DNA of 64,000 nt from Bacteroidaceae bacterium. Lineage in GTDB: Bacteria > Bacteroidota > Bacteroidia > Bacteroidales > Bacteroidaceae. The stretch covers positions 56,358 through 120,357 of the forward strand of contig JAFRQD010000048.1 in NCBI GenBank assembly GCA_017428785.1, written 5' to 3'. The position numbers and the translations under genes are program-made. This document shows, one piece after another, positions 58,966-64,000 of the stretch. The notes under the pieces were generated by a model. The model searched no databases. It was not told the DNA's origin and was given only the letters and a program-made list of their open reading frames with translations. The number at the start of each line of letters is the position of its first letter. Within the stretch, counting starts at the first letter, position 1.

Positions 58966-59041
58966 AACGTTTTTCATCCGATTTTTTGTAAAGATATTTC
59001 CGAGAATGCTGAAGGCAGCACAACAACTGCCTTTTTAAAAA

Positions 59042-59090
59042 AATTCTGCATTCTTCGTTCTTCATTCTTCATTTTTTCGTATCTTTGCAG
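59042..59090 (+). promoter_or_regulatory. Promoter cassette (ATTCTTC heptamers + T-run + TATCTTTG at 59080-59087) for the GH51 gene
   Basis: The sequence is attctgcattcttcgttcttcattcttcattttttcgtatctttgcagg, nearly identical to the cassette at 23086-23135 on the minus strand. Confidence 0.55.
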
Positions 59091-59115
59091 GCAAAACGAC
59101 AAAACAAAAGACATC

Positions 59116-61113
59116 ATGAAACGCATCCTGACTTTGGCAGTCGCTGCTTTGGCTGCCTTTTTGAACATTGAAGCCGCCTCACAAATGAAGGCTCCGAAAG
59201 GCGGCAAGGCGATTAGCGACGAACTGCTCGGCATCTTCTTCGAGGACATCAGCTATGCTGCCGACGGCGGCATCTTCGCCGAACTCGTGCAGAACGGCTC
59301 GTTCGAGTACAACCCGACGGAACGCGACGGATGGGGGCCAGGCACCTCGTGGCGCTTCATTCGTCCCGGCCATTCGCTCGGACGCATGGAGCCTCGCATG
59401 GACAATCCGCTGCATCCGAACAATCCCACATACATGCGCCTCTACATCGAACGCGTGGGACATTACTATGACTACGACGGCTGGACGGGCGTCGGCCTGG
59501 AGAACAGCGGCTTCGACGGCTTTGCTGTGAAGGCCGGACAGAAGTACGACTTCTCCGTGTTCCTGCGAAATGTCGAGGGAGGCAACAAGGAAGTTCGAGT
59601 CGTTCTGGTTGAGCCAGGACGTCCCGCAAAGCTTTTGGCAGACCAGACAATCGTGGCGTCGTTGAACACATGGCAGCAAATCCCGACCACGCTCACGCCT
59701 TCGGAGAGCAGCCCTCGAGCTGTCCTGCAACTACTTGTGTTAGGCAAGGGAGCCATTGATGTCGATGAGGTTTCGCTCATGCCTCAAGATACATACAAAG
59801 GGCACGGACTTCGCAAGGACTTGATTCAAGCGCTTGCCGACCTGAAGCCTAAGTTTATGCGCTTCCCCGGAGGCTGTGTCGTGCATGGTGGCGGCGACGG
59901 ATTCTGGGACACTTATCGCTGGAAGTTGACCCTCGGACCGCGTCACAAACGCAAACACCTGAAGAACACTTGGGGCTACCATCAGTCGATGGGGCTCGGC
60001 TACTACGAGTACTTCCAGCTTTGTGAAGACCTCGATATGGAGCCGGTGCCTATCCTGCCTTGCGGCGTGAGCTGCCAGGGAACCAATGGCGGCTGGGGCA
60101 TGAAGGGACAGGCGCAGGATGTGGCTCCGATGTCGGAGATGGACGAATGGACGCAGGACGCGCTCGACCTCATCGAGTGGGCCAAAGGCGACGTCACCAC
60201 GAAGTGGGGCAAGATTCGTGCCGAGCAAGGCCATCCGAAGCCCTTTGGCCTGAAGTATCTCGGCCTGGGCAATGAGGAACGCATCTCGCCCGAGTTCTGC
60301 GAGCGATTCAAGTATATGTACGAACGCGTGACGAAGGCGCATCCCGAGATAGTCATCGTGGGAACTGTCGGCCCTGGCTCGCATCCGGGCAACAGCGACT
60401 ACGATAACGGCTGGAAACTTTGCGACGAGCTCGGCATACCCTTGGCAGACGAACACTACTACGAGCCGCGCGACTTTTTCCTCAACAACAGGCAGTACGA
60501 CAGCTATCCGCGTGGCAAGAAGACGAAGGTCTATCTTGGCGAGTACGCTGCGAAGGACTCTAAACTCATCGACGCGCTGGCAGAAGGCCTCTATCTGCTG
60601 CATGTTGAGCGCAACGCCGACGTGGTTTGCATGACGAGCTATGCGCCGCTCTTCGCACGCAAGAACAACACTTCATGGAACCCCGACCTGATTTATTTCG
60701 ACAACGAGAAGCCTTTCCTGACCTGCAGCTACTATGTGCAGCAGATGTTCGGGCAGTCGGCAGGGCAGTACTTCTATGGCGACTGCGTACGCTTCGAGGG
60801 CGATAAGGCCGGCGTGGTGCAGCCTGTAGAGAACAGCCACTACGGCCAGTCTGTCGTTCTGAACACCAAGACGCGCCGCCTCTATGTGAAGCTCTGCAAC
60901 GCCACGGACGAGGCAAAAGTGGCACACATCAACCTGAGTCGCTTCGGCAAGGCGAAATGGGCGACAAAGACGGTGCTCTGCGGTCAGCCCGACGACAAGA
61001 ACAACTTCGACCAGCAACCCATCGCGCCTGTGCAGCAAGCCTTCAATGCCCGGAGCCGCATGGACATGTCCCTGCCGCCCTACTCGTTCACGATGCTGGA
61101 GGTGGAGTTGTAG
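59116..61113 (+). CDS. Alpha-L-arabinofuranosidase (GH51-like), secreted
   Basis: The start at MKRILTLAVAALAAFLNIEA gives a signal peptide. LLGIFFEDISYAADGGIFAELVQNGSFEY, RFPGGCVV and YLGLGNEE (acid/base Glu) are present. The long ORF-track N-terminus (58825) runs through a repeat array and the promoter. Confidence 0.6.
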   Translation: MKRILTLAVAALAAFLNIEAASQMKAPKGGKAISDELLGIFFEDISYAADGGIFAELVQNGSFEYNPTERDGWGPGTSWRFIRPGHSLGRMEPRMDNPLHPNNPTYMRLYIERVGHYYDYDGWTGVGLENSGFDGFAVKAGQKYDFSVFLRNVEGGNKEVRVVLVEPGRPAKLLADQTIVASLNTWQQIPTTLTPSESSPRAVLQLLVLGKGAIDVDEVSLMPQDTYKGHGLRKDLIQALADLKPKFMRFPGGCVVHGGGDGFWDTYRWKLTLGPRHKRKHLKNTWGYHQSMGLGYYEYFQLCEDLDMEPVPILPCGVSCQGTNGGWGMKGQAQDVAPMSEMDEWTQDALDLIEWAKGDVTTKWGKIRAEQGHPKPFGLKYLGLGNEERISPEFCERFKYMYERVTKAHPEIVIVGTVGPGSHPGNSDYDNGWKLCDELGIPLADEHYYEPRDFFLNNRQYDSYPRGKKTKVYLGEYAAKDSKLIDALAEGLYLLHVERNADVVCMTSYAPLFARKNNTSWNPDLIYFDNEKPFLTCSYYVQQMFGQSAGQYFYGDCVRFEGDKAGVVQPVENSHYGQSVVLNTKTRRLYVKLCNATDEAKVAHINLSRFGKAKWATKTVLCGQPDDKNNFDQQPIAPVQQAFNARSRMDMSLPPYSFTMLEVEL

Positions 61114-61180
61114 AAGCGAGGGGCGAAGCGTGCTCTTCGCATTGAAAAGCGCGCCTTTTTTCATAGAGAATCCCTGAAGA

Positions 61181-62194
61181 ATGAAGAATAACATCATGTC
61201 TTTTCTATTGACGCTGAGCCGTTGGCTGGCGCGATACACGAGTGCCTTCATCATCCTGATTGCCATCGTAGCCTTCTTCCTGCCCGACTCCTTTGCGTGG
61301 GTGCAGCAAGGGCAGAGGGCTTCGGTCATCCTTGGCCTCATCATGCTGACGATGGGCTGCACGCTCTCCACGGAAGACTTCCGCATCCTGCTCTCCCGTC
61401 CCGTTGACATCCTCATCGGCAGCATAGCGCAGTACACCATCATGCCGCTGGTGGCCTGGATGCTGGCCCGACTCTTCCACCTCGATGCCTTCATGGCAGC
61501 CGGCATCATACTGGTCGGCTGCTGTCCCGGAGGCGTGAGCAGCAACATCATGAGCTTCCTGTGCAAAGGCGATGTGGCCTACAGTGTGGGCATGACCACC
61601 GTCAGCACCGTCCTCTCTCCCTTTGTGACGCCCTTACTGGTGCTGTGGCTGGCGGGGGCAGAGATCGACGTCGATGCCTGGGGAATGTTCCAGAACATCT
61701 TGCTCGTGACGCTGCTGCCGGTGACGCTCGGCGTGGCCTTCAACTATTTCTTCTCCGGAAGGAAATACTTCCGGCACTTGCAGCAAATCATGCCGGGCGT
61801 GAGTGTGCTGTGCCTGGCCTGCATCGTGGGAGGCGTCATCTTTACCGTCCATCCGCAACTGCAGGCAAACGGGCTGAAACTCATCCTGCTGACGCTGGCC
61901 GTCGTCACCCTGCACAACGGCACAGGCTATCTGCTGGGCTACTTGGTCGGCAAGGCCTTCGGCTTCAACACAGCCAAGCGGCGAACCCTCTCCATCGAGG
62001 TGGGAATGCAGAATGCAGGCATGGCCACCGTGCTGGCCCGCAACTTCTTCGCCTCGCCAACCATCATCGCGATGAATCCCATGGCTGCCCTCGCCGTCAT
62101 TCCCTGCGCCATATCCTGTGCCTACCACAGCATATCGGGCACGCTGCTGGCTGGCTACTTTTCCTGGCAGGACACGCGGAAAACCGGCTCCTAA
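61181..62194 (+). CDS. Bile acid:sodium symporter (BASS/SBF) family transporter
   Basis: It is multi-TM with CCPGGVSSNIMSFL and SIEVGMQNAGMA. Confidence 0.8.
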   Translation: MKNNIMSFLLTLSRWLARYTSAFIILIAIVAFFLPDSFAWVQQGQRASVILGLIMLTMGCTLSTEDFRILLSRPVDILIGSIAQYTIMPLVAWMLARLFHLDAFMAAGIILVGCCPGGVSSNIMSFLCKGDVAYSVGMTTVSTVLSPFVTPLLVLWLAGAEIDVDAWGMFQNILLVTLLPVTLGVAFNYFFSGRKYFRHLQQIMPGVSVLCLACIVGGVIFTVHPQLQANGLKLILLTLAVVTLHNGTGYLLGYLVGKAFGFNTAKRRTLSIEVGMQNAGMATVLARNFFASPTIIAMNPMAALAVIPCAISCAYHSISGTLLAGYFSWQDTRKTGS

Positions 62195-62228
62195 GCGCCT
62201 GGCATAGAGCACACTCCGTGCCTGCCAC

Positions 62229-62320
62229 TTGATACGCAAGCTGCGTATGCACATCCGCAGGTTGCATCCCAACATACACAAGTTGCGCCTCTCCGTACGC
62301 AGCTTGCGTATTGACATTTC
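62229..62320. repeat. Hairpin array of ATACGCA-AGC-TGCGTAT-type units
   Basis: gatacgcaagctgcgtatg ... gtacgcagcttgcgtattg; it is related to 18123-18207. Confidence 0.75.
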
Positions 62321-62445
62321 TGCACCCCCGAAAACCTGTTCTCGGGCGCCGCATCTGTGATTTCCCCTGCCTGTGTTTTGGATTCCTTTTGGCGACGAGC
62401 TACAAAATTTGTGCCTCCGAAAGTACAAGGTGTTGCAAAAAAATG

Positions 62446-62453
62446 TATATTTG
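62446..62453 (+). promoter_or_regulatory. -7 box TATATTTG for the CotH-like gene
   Basis: It matches TAnnTTTG, 69 nt upstream of the ATG at 62522. Confidence 0.5.
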
Positions 62454-62521
62454 CATAGCTAATCCATGAAATACGGCATGCAGAAAAGCTCTGTTTGCCA
62501 AAAAGAACAATGAAACACACT

Positions 62522-64000
62522 ATGAGAAAGAGCAATATTGCCTTACTGCTTCTGATGACTTTCTTATGCTCCGCTCTTCCGCTGCAAGGGCTGCATGCAG
62601 AGGGCCTCGGCACGAAACTGGTGGGGACTGCGATGGGCGCTGACGAGAATTCGCGCTCGTGGGTGGGACTGGACCTGGGCACGCCTCACATCATCTACCG
62701 CGTGGGATGGCGCCAACTCGCGGGTACCTCGGAGTCGGGCAGCGTGGTGCTGGGACTCTTCGAAGGCTCCAACCGCGAGGACTTCATGGATGCCATTCCT
62801 CTCTACATGATTACAGAGGAAGGGACAGCAGGCGAGTTCTCGTATGCCGAAGTGCAGGTCTCGCGAGGCTTCCGCTATGTCCGTTGGTGCGCTCCTGCCG
62901 ACACGCACAGCGACATTGCCGAGGTGGAGTTCTACGGCTACCAAAACGAAGGAAACGACAGCCGGTTCTATCAGATTTCCAATCTGCCGACACTCTCCTA
63001 CCACACCTATGCAGGGATAGAGCCCTACGACAAAGTGCATGAGCTGGAGTCGGAAATGTGCATCATCTACGACGGCGGAACCCGTCTGCAAGAGTATCCC
63101 ATATTGGCTCGCGAGCGAGGGAACGGCTCCCGCTATGAGCTCTTCAAGAAGCGCCCCTACCGCATCAAGTTCAACGACGGGAAGTCGCACCACATGCTGC
63201 GTGGCTCAGCACTGGAAAGCCCAGCCAAGGCAAAGAAATGGACGCTCATACCCAACTGGCGCGACAAGAGTCTGATGCGCAACAACGTCGCCTTCGAGAT
63301 GAGCCGACGGCTGGGGCTCAAATATACGCCATGGATTCAGAATGTCGACGTCATAGTGAACGGACAATACAAAGGCAACTATCAGCTCTGCGACCAAGTG
63401 ACGGTGGGACCAAACCGCGTGGACATCTTTGAAATGCTGTCAGGCGACATCGACTATCCCAGCATCACCGGCGGATATCTCCTCGAGATAACAAGCCCGG
63501 GAGGGGAGGCCTACCATTTCAGTTCAAGCCACGGCATCCCCGTCGACATCAAGTCGCCCGACGAAGATGACATCACATCCGAGCAATTCTCCTACATTCA
63601 AAATGCATTCCTCGAGATGGAAGCCAAACTTTGGGCAGACAATTATCAGGATCCCGAAAAGGGGTATCGCAGCAAGCTCGACTTGGAAAGTTTCCTGCGG
63701 CTCTTTCTGGTGGGTGAGTTCTCAGGCAACAACGACGCCATGTGGAGCATATATCTGTATAAGGAAAGGGAGGACGACCTCTTTTACTTCGGGCCGGTAT
63801 GGGATTTCGACCTCAGCATGGACAATGACCAGCGGACGTATCCGGCAAACGGGAAGCCTGACTGGCTTTTCAACTATGGCGCGGCTGTCAGCGGCATACG
63901 CGAATTCGTGAATCGCATCCTTTCCGATCCGTATGCCAACGAGGCGCTGAGCAACATCTGGAGTAAGATGCGAGACAGCGGCGCATTCAGCCAAGACAGT
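62522..64000 (+). CDS. CotH kinase-family protein with an N-terminal discoidin-like domain; the 3' end runs off the window
   Basis: My own translation reads MRKSNIALLLLMTFLCSALPLQG...; KWTLIPNWRDKSLMRNNVAFEMSRRLGLKYTPWIQNVDVIVNGQYKGNYQLCDQV is the typical CotH core. It is absent from the ORF track because there is no stop in the window. Confidence 0.65.
   Translation, partial: MRKSNIALLLLMTFLCSALPLQGLHAEGLGTKLVGTAMGADENSRSWVGLDLGTPHIIYRVGWRQLAGTSESGSVVLGLFEGSNREDFMDAIPLYMITEEGTAGEFSYAEVQVSRGFRYVRWCAPADTHSDIAEVEFYGYQNEGNDSRFYQISNLPTLSYHTYAGIEPYDKVHELESEMCIIYDGGTRLQEYPILARERGNGSRYELFKKRPYRIKFNDGKSHHMLRGSALESPAKAKKWTLIPNWRDKSLMRNNVAFEMSRRLGLKYTPWIQNVDVIVNGQYKGNYQLCDQVTVGPNRVDIFEMLSGDIDYPSITGGYLLEITSPGGEAYHFSSSHGIPVDIKSPDEDDITSEQFSYIQNAFLEMEAKLWADNYQDPEKGYRSKLDLESFLRLFLVGEFSGNNDAMWSIYLYKEREDDLFYFGPVWDFDLSMDNDQRTYPANGKPDWLFNYGAAVSGIREFVNRILSDPYANEALSNIWSKMRDSGAFSQDS

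Noticed and set aside
58825-59115. N-terminal extensions of ORF-track entries: GH51 from 58825, cargo B from 29848, cargo D from 58532, the HhH protein from 48304, aroA from 20021, HAD from 23916, and GH78 from 10045.
   Set aside because: In each case an internal ATG yields a canonical signal peptide or conserved N-terminus. The extension runs through repeat arrays or over a TAnnTTTG promoter box.

Overview
This is a chromosomal segment from a Bacteroidota organism, most likely Prevotella-like and GC-rich. Several things support that assignment. TAnnTTTG -7 promoter boxes sit upstream of most operons, and no Shine-Dalgarno sequences are evident. There are many lipoprotein signal peptides, PorX/PorW homologues, and four large proteins ending in type IX secretion (T9SS) C-terminal sorting domains.

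The housekeeping genes I recognise are aroQ, xerD, lrp, sufE, dusB, tsaE, aroA, tRNA-Pro, ychF, lgt and mutS. They are interleaved with glycan-degradation genes (two GH78-like rhamnosidases and a GH51 arabinofuranosidase). There is also an imelysin/DUF1111/porin iron-type cluster with a divergent LuxR-type regulator.

Three accessory signals stand out:
1. Four paralogous cassettes (24.8-34.4 kb and 55.1-58.4 kb). Each is a large T9SS cargo gene followed immediately, twice with overlapping stop/start codons, by an unannotated 55-59 aa acidic peptide. The peptides have a conserved MKKxY..P N-terminus and a W(D/N)EEW C-terminus. I cannot assign this pairing to a known system, and I consider it the best candidate for something undescribed.
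2. A visibly AT-rich ~3.4 kb island (6.6-10.0 kb). It carries a tight three-gene operon (SPFH/Band-7 + GYF protein, a 4-TM protein, and a zinc-ribbon membrane protein) behind a ~400 nt leader with a GC-rich structured core.
3. An AbiEii-type toxin-antitoxin pair inserted between two of the cargo cassettes.

The window is also saturated with small repeats: 22-bp-period palindromic arrays after stop codons, heptamer microsatellites next to start codons, and GGGGAG-type hairpins. Several of these lie in frame inside coding sequences.

All protein family calls come from motif recognition by eye. No searches were run.
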